64,000 nt of DNA. Origin: a virus (Duplodnaviria > Caudoviricetes). Location of the stretch: positions 1 to 64,000 of IMG/VR virus record IMGVR_UViG_3300032218_002273; one strand, 5' to 3'. Under the pieces are notes generated by a model, which made no database searches, was not told the origin of the DNA, and saw only the letters and a program-made list of their open reading frames with translations. The stretch's first letter is position 1. Each line of letters opens with the position of its first letter. A program made the translations under genes and the position numbers. This document shows, one piece after another, positions 39,693 through 47,580 of the stretch.

Positions 39693-41596
39693 ACAGCCTC
39701 CTTAAGTTTAATGTAAGTAATAACTTCTTTAAGAAGAGAATCATCTCTAGTTGAAAGTACCACAGCTAATGGAAATTTAGATATTAAATTGTCAATTGAA
39801 TCTTTTAATTTGTTCTCCTGCTTTCTATGTTCTTTAACCTCATCCTCATTTAAGTATAGTACATCGGGAGGAGTTCCCCATTTATTATGAGAGATAAGAT
39901 GTGGGAACTCTTTAGAAATTTTTTGCCATAGTGAAGGAGTTACAAACCCAATCTTCTTTCTTTCTTCTACTGCTTTGGTTTCTGTATACTCATCAAGCGT
40001 AGGTAAACTAGAACTTTCAAAATCATCTTTCGTTAATGCATATACTTTTAAGTCACTGTTATTTCTAACAACACTAAGAAGCTTTTGATTGCTGGAGTAA
40101 TTAATATAAGGAACTTTGATAGCATTACTATTAACCATGTTACCAGCATTGATAATTATAGAACACAAATCACCCTTATATTTACTGTACTGAATTTCCT
40201 TAACACTATCTATAGGTTTTGCATTAGCAACTTTTACTTTAGAAGGTACAGGTAGCTGGCTTGCTTCAATAACTGTAAGCTTATCTAATAGAAAGCTAGG
40301 CATATCAGATTTATTTTTTAAACACACTACATAACTTGTTAAGTTATATTTAAGTTTAGAAGTAGGCTTGTTAACTCTTGTGCTGAAGTGATGCTCTAAT
40401 CTTCTACGCACTTGTGTTACAGTATCGTCTGCGATAATAACAAAGGTAGACTTATCTAAAGCATGGCTTTGATAACTAGAGTGTACCTTGTCTGCCTTAT
40501 CATAAGTCACTCCACCATTCTTATTACTATATCTTCTGATGAAGTTAACATCTGCTACTCTAAAGAAAGATCCACCACTTACAATTGAAAAGATATTATC
40601 TACTTTAATATCGTTCATACCTAGTATAGATTTATATTTAAGAGCAAGCTCTAACTTAGTAGAGATATCTTTTTCATTTTCTATTTTATCTTGCAAGGAT
40701 TTTATCTTAGCCTTAACTTTAGTTGCCAATAACTTTACCTTGTCATTGTCGATAATAGATTCTCTGCTAGGTGCAATGTCTACATCTCCTGTCTTAAGAA
40801 ATACACATAGACGACTAGCTGCTGAAAAATAAATTGGAGATTCAAATTGAACACCCTCTACGACTATTAGATCTGAAGGTTTATGAGCACTATTAAAAGA
40901 ATTTACAGCTTCAAATACTACAATGTTATCTTCTTCAAAAGCTTTGCTACCAAATGTTGCTTGTACATTAGGCACTTGTATATTTACATCTATAGTATTC
41001 CTATCCCAAAACATTATGCATCTTCTTACTGCAGTTTGAAATGAATCTACATCAGCAGGCTTAACAGTTACAATAATCTCTACACCGTTCTTTTGTGTAG
41101 TGCTTTCTTGATTAAGGATATCCATTGAGCCAATGTTATCTCTACCAACATGGCAAAGATATGTTGTCTTAGTTCCTTCATAATAAGATACCACAGTAAA
41201 GGAATCTGTATAAGCCCATGCAGACTTTGCACCTAATCCATATCCACCAATCTGCCCATTAGTATTTCTTTTAGTTGACGCACCATACATAGTAAAAACA
41301 TTCTGAACTCTTTCTTCTGAAAGACCTATTCCGAAGTCTCTAACCCTGAACTCACACGCTAGTTTAGTTGGTGCAATAATAGATAGCTTGTGTGTCTTAT
41401 TAGTTCCTGCTTCAATCATTGCATCTCTAGCATTGCAGATATACTCCTGCACTAGAGTTTGTATTGGACGAGAGTACATTCTATTGCGTAAGATATCAAT
41501 GATTGCACTGACATCTCCAATGCCAAAGGATTTAGATTTCATTTGCACATTTGATTCAAACTTATTATCAGGAACATTTAAATTTAATACTGCCAT
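39689..41596 (-). CDS. rIIA-like GHKL ATPase
   Basis: QEYICNARDA, RVRDFGIGL, YGASTKR, GGYGLGAKS (GHKL boxes); upstream of an rIIB-like gene. Confidence 0.85.
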   Translation of the reverse strand: MAVLNLNVPDNKFESNVQMKSKSFGIGDVSAIIDILRNRMYSRPIQTLVQEYICNARDAMIEAGTNKTHKLSIIAPTKLACEFRVRDFGIGLSEERVQNVFTMYGASTKRNTNGQIGGYGLGAKSAWAYTDSFTVVSYYEGTKTTYLCHVGRDNIGSMDILNQESTTQKNGVEIIVTVKPADVDSFQTAVRRCIMFWDRNTIDVNIQVPNVQATFGSKAFEEDNIVVFEAVNSFNSAHKPSDLIVVEGVQFESPIYFSAASRLCVFLKTGDVDIAPSRESIIDNDKVKLLATKVKAKIKSLQDKIENEKDISTKLELALKYKSILGMNDIKVDNIFSIVSGGSFFRVADVNFIRRYSNKNGGVTYDKADKVHSSYQSHALDKSTFVIIADDTVTQVRRRLEHHFSTRVNKPTSKLKYNLTSYVVCLKNKSDMPSFLLDKLTVIEASQLPVPSKVKVANAKPIDSVKEIQYSKYKGDLCSIIINAGNMVNSNAIKVPYINYSSNQKLLSVVRNNSDLKVYALTKDDFESSSLPTLDEYTETKAVEERKKIGFVTPSLWQKISKEFPHLISHNKWGTPPDVLYLNEDEVKEHRKQENKLKDSIDNLISKFPLAVVLSTRDDSLLKEVITYIKLKEAV

Positions 41597-41616
41597 ATAT
41601 CCTCCTACGATATTTG

Positions 41617-41919
41617 CTATTCCTTTCTTCTATTTCTATCGCCTGCTGAATGGACTAAGCCATTAGACTTTACCATACTAGAATCAACTTTTAAATTGTT
41701 ACCTAAGTTGCTACCTTTATTCTGTAACTTAGTAGCTTTATTTATGTAGGCTGTTAATCTTGGATCAGAATTTATTTGAATACTACAACCTGCCTTGTGG
41801 TCGTATACCATATTGCCTGTGTATCTATCTGTATCAGTTGCACAATCTTCGCATTGATTGATGCGACCTTTCTTATTTCTATGTAAAATAAATTCAATCC
41901 CACAATCAATACATTCCAT
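41617..41919 (-). CDS. Zn-ribbon hypothetical protein
   Basis: CIDC...CEDC; GGAGG RBS. Confidence 0.6.
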   Translation of the reverse strand: MECIDCGIEFILHRNKKGRINQCEDCATDTDRYTGNMVYDHKAGCSIQINSDPRLTAYINKATKLQNKGSNLGNNLKVDSSMVKSNGLVHSAGDRNRRKE

Positions 41920-41930
41920 ATGTCCTCCAT

Positions 41931-41990
41931 AGGATTCCTATATACATTAAGCTCGCTAATCAGTTTTTGTTTTGCGACCTCTAATATAAT
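41931..41990 (-). promoter_or_regulatory. Tripartite early regulatory motif, copy 1
   Basis: GTCGC-N13-ATTAGCGA-N10-TATAGGAATCCT directly before the RBS. Confidence 0.7.
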
Positions 41991-42014
41991 ATATCATATA
42001 GATCTTTCTTGTTA

Positions 42015-42047
42015 GAAAGAAAGAGGAGAGATTGCTCTCTCCCCTCT
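42015..42047 (-). terminator. Intrinsic terminator, GCAA loop
   Basis: Minus strand AGAGGGGAGAGA-GCAA-TCTCTCCTCT-TTCTTT after the stop at 42053. Confidence 0.65.
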
Positions 42048-42052
42048 ATGAC

Positions 42053-42904
42053 TTAGGAGGCCATGCTCATAGCTACTTGCCACGAGTCGTTATTGAATGA
42101 GTCGGCGGTAACTTGACTCTTAACTTCTCTTACCTTTCTAGTAATAGGTTGCCCTGAAGCATCAACTAATCCAAGCCTTACACCCTTAGTAAGTTTCTCT
42201 TGGAGAGTGTTAAAGTTTTGATAGAGATTATCTACTTGTTCTTCTTGTCTGATAGGTTTTAGTAGTTCTAGTTTCTTACTAGCATCTAATACTAACTCGC
42301 TGTCAGGGAATCTAATCCTCACCATCTCATCTACAAGAAACACTTTCTCATCTTGAGATAGTTTCTTGCTAGACATTTTATCAATCTGATTATCAATCAA
42401 TTCTTTTTTCTCAATGATTTTATAGCTTGCCTCAATTGCTTTCTCAAAAATGTTTTTGTTTCTGTGAGAAATTGAAAAGCTAAATACATTTCTCGGAGCT
42501 ACGAGTCCGTTCATACATACTAAGCGAAGCATATCTAAAGTTACTACAATACCTGAGCTACCATCATAACTATTCATAACTCTTACAAACATCTCGTGAC
42601 CTTTAGCTTTGATTGCTAACTCTGGAGATTTGAATTGAATCCAATGTTTTTCATGCCCTATACGAGCATGATACTTCTCATTTCTTTTGGTGAATTTGTC
42701 TGTAAGTTCTTGCTGTCTCTCTGCAGAATACGCAGGAAACAAAGCGTCTAATCTAGGGTCTAGTGGTTTTCTTAATGGGCTTTTAGATTCCTTAGCTACA
42801 AGGAATCCTGCCTTATTAAACTCTGTAATAATCTTACGAGTATCAGCTAAGAAGTATTTGTCAGTTAAGTATTCTGCTTTAGTGTGCTGTAATTGTAATG
42901 TCAT
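42053..42904 (-). CDS. DUF932/DUF945-like protein
   Basis: MNSYDGSSG...LRLVCMNGLV...NLYQNFNTLQEKL. Confidence 0.75.
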   Translation of the reverse strand: MTLQLQHTKAEYLTDKYFLADTRKIITEFNKAGFLVAKESKSPLRKPLDPRLDALFPAYSAERQQELTDKFTKRNEKYHARIGHEKHWIQFKSPELAIKAKGHEMFVRVMNSYDGSSGIVVTLDMLRLVCMNGLVAPRNVFSFSISHRNKNIFEKAIEASYKIIEKKELIDNQIDKMSSKKLSQDEKVFLVDEMVRIRFPDSELVLDASKKLELLKPIRQEEQVDNLYQNFNTLQEKLTKGVRLGLVDASGQPITRKVREVKSQVTADSFNNDSWQVAMSMAS

Positions 42905-43033
42905 AATCCCTCCTATTTAATTTTGATTAGCTGTTGTGCAAAGCATAGTGTTACATAGAACAAGATGCCACAACAGTACATGAATGTAGTAATTGTAAAA
43001 GCTACCATAAAGTTTTTCATATAACCTCCTGCT

Positions 43034-43090
43034 AGGATTCCTATATCCAGTTGTCTCGCTAATAGGTTTTAGTAATGCGACTCTATATAT
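43034..43090 (-). promoter_or_regulatory. Tripartite early regulatory motif, copy 2
   Basis: GTCGC-N13-ATTAGCGA-N10-TATAGGAATCCT before a GGAGG RBS and a 33-aa ORF starting at 43020. Confidence 0.7.
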
Positions 43091-43115
43091 ATTTATTACT
43101 TAGAGTCTGGTGGTA

Positions 43116-43141
43116 ATTAAAGAGAGGGCTTTCGCCCTCTC
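43116..43141 (-). terminator. Intrinsic terminator, GAAA loop
   Basis: GAGAGGGC-GAAA-GCCCTCTC-TTTAATT. Confidence 0.75.
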
Positions 43142-43145
43142 AATA

Positions 43146-43486
43146 ACTTAGGAGGTTTTCTTGAGTACACTTCTCAAGAAATCAAGTTCTTCCTGCAATT
43201 TAAATATGGTAACTTTGATTGTATAACTATCTTCAAATGCTTTATATTCTTGGAGAAATTTTATAGTCTCTTCTAGTTTAAGAATTTTATCCTGCATAAA
43301 AAACTCCTATGCGATTTTTTGTAATTCCTTTTTAAAATCAATCTCTTCCTCTTCTTTGAAGTCTCTAAAGTCTACGCTTTCAGATTTTACAGGCCCAACC
43401 TCTTCAATTTCTTGATAGTATTTTTTCATAGCATTAATTTTTGCAATAACTAGTTTTTGTTGTGGTGTAAGTTCTTGTTTTTTCAT
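43146..43486 (-). other. Two small early ORFs not in the track (MKKQELTPQQ..., MQDKILKLEE...)
   Basis: Each has a GGAG(G) RBS; about 59 and 49 aa. Confidence 0.55.
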
Positions 43487-43496
43487 AAATCCTCCT

Positions 43497-43556
43497 AGGA
43501 TTCCTATAAACAGTTTGGTCGCTAATCAGATTTTAATTAGACGACTTCTATATAAT
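43497..43556 (-). promoter_or_regulatory. Tripartite early regulatory motif, copy 3
   Basis: GTCGT-N14-ATTAGCGA-N10-TATAGGAATCCT directly before AGGAGG. Confidence 0.7.
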
Positions 43557-43584
43557 AAATAGTGCTTATTTTTTGATTTTAGAT

Positions 43585-43613
43585 AAAAAAAAGAAAGGGG
43601 CTTTCGCCCCTTT
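43585..43613 (-). terminator. Intrinsic terminator, GAAA loop
   Basis: AAAGGGGC-GAAA-GCCCCTTT-CTTTTTTTT after the stop at 43616. Confidence 0.85.
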
Positions 43614-43615
43614 GA

Positions 43616-43942
43616 TTATGCTACTTTCTTTTCAGTAGTTTCGGATAATTCTTTGTCAGAATTGAGTTGGTTAATCTCAGCGCAAACCTTCTTAAGCTCA
43701 TCGGCATGATTTAAGATAAATTCGATAAAATCAGGTGTTAAGTAGTGTTTTACAGCCCCACGCTCAACTCTAAGAGAAAACTTCCCAGAGCTTTGAGCTT
43801 CGTGGATAGCCCAAACAATAGGCTTTTTATTCTTTTCACGGGCAATGTTCGCCATAGAGCTTTTTAAGGATTTACGCATCTCCTCGATTTCTTTTAATTG
43901 AGTCTCTAAGTAAGCCATTTTTTGTTCAAGTGTAAGTGACAT
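43616..43942 (-). CDS. First gene of the leftward early arm, hypothetical (likely start MSLTLEQ)
   Basis: GGAG RBS before ATG 43942; the track's extension to 44131 runs through regulatory sites. Confidence 0.65.
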   Translation of the reverse strand: MSLTLEQKMAYLETQLKEIEEMRKSLKSSMANIAREKNKKPIVWAIHEAQSSGKFSLRVERGAVKHYLTPDFIEFILNHADELKKVCAEINQLNSDKELSETTEKKVA

Positions 43943-44000
43943 AAATACTCCTAAGTTAAAGTTAAAAAAAGAGAAGGACTCGGTGTCCTGCCACTTAACC

Positions 44001-44016
44001 TGCACCGATCGTGCCA
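44001..44016 (-). promoter_or_regulatory. sigma54-type promoter
   Basis: TGGCACG-ATCG-GTGCA, pointing at the 43942 gene. Confidence 0.6.
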
Positions 44017-44021
44017 AGTGG

Positions 44022-44284
44022 CAAGTTGTTGAAATTATTGGACAACAAAATCTGTTGAGTGTTGAAAGTTTGGACGATTTCCGAGAAAACCCAATGATTT
44101 CGCAACTGTTAGGTTTTTTGACAGGTGACAAAAGTTTGGACAGTCCAAGTGATTGAAATTGTGGAGTTTATCGGGATTACAGCTAGATAAAGCTAAGTGG
44201 TTGATAATACAGAGAGTGTTAATAAAATTACAGAGTTAACTATAAGGTCTAGTGATATCAAGTAGTTAGTGTAAGTGCTGGATA
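44022..44284. promoter_or_regulatory. Cluster of IHF-consensus sites
   Basis: WATCAANNNNTTR exact at 44194-44206 (-) and 44256-44268 (+); one mismatch at 44022-44034, 44146-44158 and 44272-44284 (all -). Confidence 0.55.
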
Positions 44285-44321
44285 ATCATTAGGTTTATTG
44301 TAAAATCAAATAGATATATTT

Positions 44322-44473
44322 TGGCATGAATTGTGCAAGCAAGTAATGGCATGAAGCTTGCATTAACAATTATCGTGCCATTATATTTGGCATGGAGTGT
44401 GCATTAGCAAATGTCGTGCCAACTTTTTTTTGGCATTGTTCTTGCATATAATAAACTTGGCATGGAACTTGCA
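44322..44473. promoter_or_regulatory. Array of seven sigma54 -24/-12 motifs
   Basis: TGGCA(C/T)N-N4-(T/G)TG(C/T)W at 44322, 44347, 44388, 44431 and 44458 (+) and 44365-44380, 44406-44421 (-). Confidence 0.7.
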
Positions 44474-44483
44474 AGAGCCAGAG

Positions 44484-45069
44484 GGGGGGGGTAGGCGAGC
44501 TTGAGCGGTCGATTGCGATGTCTATGCATGTGTAAATACTGAGTGGAGTATGTTTGTGTAAGCATCTGCTTACCTTGGTTACTATCTGGGAGGATAGATC
44601 GAGGTAGCATGCAGGGTTATTGCATAGCCTATGTCAGTATGTTTGTAGGTACTAGCTCGATCTGAATAGGGCTTCCTACAAGATAGTAACGGAAAACATA
44701 CGGGAAGTGCGTCAAGATAGGTTGCCATATGGTGTGTGCAGGCTATGCGTTTGTGTATACTGTAGATTACGTTTGGGTACGGGGGTATCCTAGTCTCATA
44801 GGTTAGACTTCTAGTTCCCCCACTTAATTACTTTGAAATTGGCTAAGTAGGCTGTGCCGTTAGGCTGAATAGGATTCTTTCAAGAGGGCTTTACGCTGTA
44901 GTCTTCTGGCCTTCGTTTCTACAGGAGTCGTTTATGTCAACATTCCGGAAATCCCAGATAGTTGATGTACCCCGACTGTCTCTCGCATCCTTGCAATTTT
45001 CACGTTCCCTAGTGAGTAGTCCGAAGTTGTCAGGTAGGGTGTTATCCTACTATGGACGGTCTTCCTTAA
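44484..45069 (-). ncRNA. Candidate long structured non-coding RNA (element A)
   Basis: No credible ORF and visibly GC-richer than the genes. Several exact 8-10 bp complementary pairs; contains a 48-nt motif shared with 55715-55762; late motif at 45070-45079 points into it. Strand is not certain. Confidence 0.5.
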
Positions 45070-45079
45070 TAGTTGTTAA
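45070..45079 (-). promoter_or_regulatory. Late motif TTAACAACTA on the minus strand
   Basis: The only minus-strand intergenic copy I found; it faces the non-coding region. Confidence 0.6.
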
Positions 45080-45186
45080 TTACCTATAAAAGAGGTCACA
45101 TAGCCAGTTGTCACCAAAATGCTACAAAAAGGTGACGAGATATGGTAAGAATGCCGATAACTTTAGAGTTTCCCGTTGTCGTTTTT

Positions 45187-45196
45187 TTAACAACTA
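45187..45196 (+). promoter_or_regulatory. Putative late promoter motif TTAACAACTA
   Basis: 16 nt upstream of ATG 45213, with GAGGGG in between. Confidence 0.7.
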
Positions 45197-45212
45197 ATTA
45201 CGAGGGGTAGTT

Positions 45213-45509
45213 ATGTCAGAAAAAAAAGATAAGCCATTTATAGGATTTAATAAAAAGAAGCACTCTCCAACGGGCGGTTTAAACGCTAAGTATAGAGAAA
45301 AGTATAACCGTGAGCATGGTAGCCATTTGCAAGAGCCAGTTACCGAATCTAACCCCTCGGAAGAACGTGCAGCCAGAAGAAGATCCTTCTGTGCTAGGAT
45401 GAATGGTGTACCGGGGCCAACTTCTAAAGATGGCAAGCTTACACCAAAAGGTGCTGCGTTAAAAAGATGGCGTTGCCTTAAAAAGAAGATATTTGGTGGT
45501 GATGACTAG
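45213..45509 (+). CDS. Small basic phage protein (DUF6321-like)
   Basis: GGLNAKYR...RRRSFCARM.G..GP...DGKLT.KG.ALKRWRC, a recurring phage motif. Confidence 0.65.
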   Translation: MSEKKDKPFIGFNKKKHSPTGGLNAKYREKYNREHGSHLQEPVTESNPSEERAARRRSFCARMNGVPGPTSKDGKLTPKGAALKRWRCLKKKIFGGDD

Positions 45510-45851
45510 TTATACCATATCATCGTAGAATTTAGATAAATACTTGAATGCTTGAGTCATTAATTTACCGTTAATATAGAATATATATCCATCTGTAGCA
45601 GTTTGATCAGTATCCCAGCTATTGGCAGGTTGTGCAAAATACGAGTGCCTAGCTTCTCTTAATTCTCCTGCAGGGCCTCCAATAGTCCAAAAGCAACTAT
45701 AACCGTCACTAGAATACTCCATTATACCAAACTCATACCAAAATCCATCATTAGATAATTCGGCTATAATACCCCCATCTAACTCAGTTATTTTGCAATC
45801 TAGTTCTTTTAGCTGTTCTAGGGTGTAGTTTTTAGTTTTAAATTGTTTCAT
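45510..45851 (-). CDS. Hypothetical protein (likely start MKQFKTK)
   Basis: Coupled to a 51-aa upstream ORF via ATGA. Confidence 0.55.
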   Translation of the reverse strand: MKQFKTKNYTLEQLKELDCKITELDGGIIAELSNDGFWYEFGIMEYSSDGYSCFWTIGGPAGELREARHSYFAQPANSWDTDQTATDGYIFYINGKLMTQAFKYLSKFYDDMV

Positions 45852-46099
45852 AGTGTACCAATATACTTCCAAGTATGATGCCCGTCAAGTCCAATAGTCA
45901 TAAGTAGCATTTCTTCTGCCATAGATTCTATAATAAATAGTTGATCTAAATAAGCATTATAGAATATAACCTGCACTGATTTATTCATCTCTACTCTCCA
46001 CATACTCAATCTCCTAAGATTAACACAAATGCTAATTTAAGTAGATTGAATATTATATTTTAATATTGGCACTCACTTTGCAGTTCTGAGTGCCATTTG

Positions 46100-46267
46100 T
46101 TAGTTTACAGGAGAAATTTCCTTTAATACCTGTAGTTTAGCCTCAATCTCTCGAATATCCATAGCTGCATCTGCCACACCATGCCAATCTTCTTGCTCCA
46201 GCTTTAAACGCAAATAGTCAATCATACCTTCTTTTTGAAATAATAAATTTTGTTTATCATTTTTCAT
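46100..46267 (-). CDS. Small hypothetical protein (55 aa, not in track)
   Basis: MKNDKQNLLFQKEGMIDYLRLKLEQEDWHGVADAAMDIRE...; AAGGA RBS. Confidence 0.6.
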   Translation of the reverse strand: MKNDKQNLLFQKEGMIDYLRLKLEQEDWHGVADAAMDIREIEAKLQVLKEISPVN

Positions 46268-46279
46268 TCTTTTTTTCCT

Positions 46280-46500
46280 TGTTTTAGGATTTAAAGGCTG
46301 TTAATCTCATCGAGAACCATTTAACAGACAATCACTATTTATCTGCACCTACCAATCATCTAGAATTAGCCCAGACCTTCATCATAGCTTTCGCCATCGG
46401 ATTACAGCACTCATAGGCTTAATTGGCTCCAAGTAAGCTCCAGCGAGCAAGACTCACAACTTGGCACGGCTTGAACCATCAAACTCGTTGCATGTGACGC
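46280..46500 (-). ncRNA. Candidate structured leader or small RNA (element C)
   Basis: About 230 nt with no ORF between a sigma70 promoter and ATG 46267; ATGGC-GAAA-GCTAT and CTGTTAA/TTAACAG hairpins. Confidence 0.35.
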
Positions 46501-46507
46501 TAAAGAT

Positions 46508-46536
46508 AATGTATCATATTTATTTAAGTTTATCAA
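46508..46536 (-). promoter_or_regulatory. sigma70-type promoter
   Basis: TTGATA-N17-TACATT. Confidence 0.5.
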
Positions 46537-46537
46537 T

Positions 46538-47002
46538 CTAGGTTTCATCTTCTTCATTAAAAACTTTCTTTATTTGTGATTCATAAAATCCACAACCTTT
46601 TAAAAAGTATTTAAACTCGTCAACGATTTCATTAAGAGTATCTACTTCAAGAGAATATTCAACATTAGAAACATCATATCTATTCTCTGGGTCTTTATGT
46701 TTTATAAATTTAATAATCATTTTAAATGCCTCCAAACCTAATTAAAAACACCTGCTTGAGACATTCTTTTAAAAACCTGCTCTTTCCAATTTTGCGTCAT
46801 TTTTCATATCCTCATACGTTTTCCCAAGATATTCCGCTACCTTATCAGTAAAATGATAATCATTAAAGTAGCCCAAATCTGAAATAATTCCTTCATAATA
46901 CACTGCGTTTATGACTTGTTCTGCAGAATTTAGTCTTTTTTGTAAGTTCTCGATTTCTGTATGTAACTCCATAATTCTAGTTAAAGGGTTGTAATAGCTC
47001 AT
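46538..47002 (-). other. Two hypothetical genes (46538-46735, 46769-47002)
   Basis: The first resembles 49065-49268 (EF(K/R)YFL(K/L)GCGF). Confidence 0.55.
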
Positions 47003-47058
47003 AATATCTCCTAATATCTTATAATAATCCTTACTAATTATATACCATTTTTATTAAA

Positions 47059-47068
47059 TTAACAACTA
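47059..47068 (+). promoter_or_regulatory. Putative late promoter motif TTAACAACTA
   Basis: Only 5 nt before ATG 47074, with no SD. Confidence 0.65.
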
Positions 47069-47073
47069 TTTGT

Positions 47074-47580
47074 ATGAAAACAAAATCATTTACTGAATTA
47101 AAAAAATTTTTAGGAAAAGGTGGTTCTTCTGATGCTACGGAGTTAATGAATACTCCTGTTGATGAAGTATCTCAAAATAAAAATGATAAAAAGCTTGAAG
47201 ATTTAATGAAAAATAAACCTTCTGAAGCTGAAGTTGAACAAGCTATAGCAAAAAATGCAAAGTCTTTACCTAAAACTCCTCATATAGATGAATTAGCGGC
47301 TCAAAGAGCACAAAATAAATTTAATGAAATGATGAAAAATCAAAATTTATCAAATGTAGGTTTAGATGAAGCAGGGGCAGCAAATCCTAAAGCATTAGCA
47401 GGAGCTGTAGTTCCTGGAGCATTGGGTATGTTAGCTGCGCATTTAATTGGAAAAACTCCAGATTTGCAATTAGATCTTAAAGATGCAGGTGCTGGTTCTG
47501 ATGTGGTTCCTAAAGATGCAGGGCATTTTAATGAAGATCCAAAATTTAAAAAATTAAAAGATATTTTAGAGAATAGATAA
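47074..47580 (+). CDS. Hypothetical late protein
   Basis: 168 aa on the + strand inside a minus-strand block; has its own late motif. Confidence 0.65.
   Translation: MKTKSFTELKKFLGKGGSSDATELMNTPVDEVSQNKNDKKLEDLMKNKPSEAEVEQAIAKNAKSLPKTPHIDELAAQRAQNKFNEMMKNQNLSNVGLDEAGAANPKALAGAVVPGALGMLAAHLIGKTPDLQLDLKDAGAGSDVVPKDAGHFNEDPKFKKLKDILENR

Noticed and set aside
44322-44473. TGGCA repeats as a mini CRISPR array
   Set aside because: Units are 16 bp, irregularly spaced and in both orientations, with no constant repeat and unique-spacer pattern.
44404-44610. Tracked 68-aa minus-strand ORF, plus the 43943-44131 extension
   Set aside because: No RBS, atypical composition, and overlap with regulatory motifs; treated as chance frames.
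45153-45160. Perfect sigma28 -10 element GCCGATAA
   Set aside because: No TAAA -35 at 15-nt spacing; a single occurrence.
46067-46095. sigma54-like TGGCACT-CACT-TTGCA on +
   Set aside because: It is one arm of the inverted repeat TGGCACTCA...TGAGTGCCA right after the stop at 46100 and faces no gene; more simply a terminator-like hairpin, though not excluded.
46340-46380. GGGCTAATTCTAGATGATT resembling a tmRNA 5' end or an RNase P 3' motif
   Set aside because: No matching acceptor stem or CCA end, tag frame, or P4 GAGGAAAGUC partner.
46440-46490. tRNA T-arm-like GGTTCAAGCC on the minus strand
   Set aside because: No 5-bp T stem around a 7-nt loop and no acceptor, D or anticodon arms; no tRNA called.
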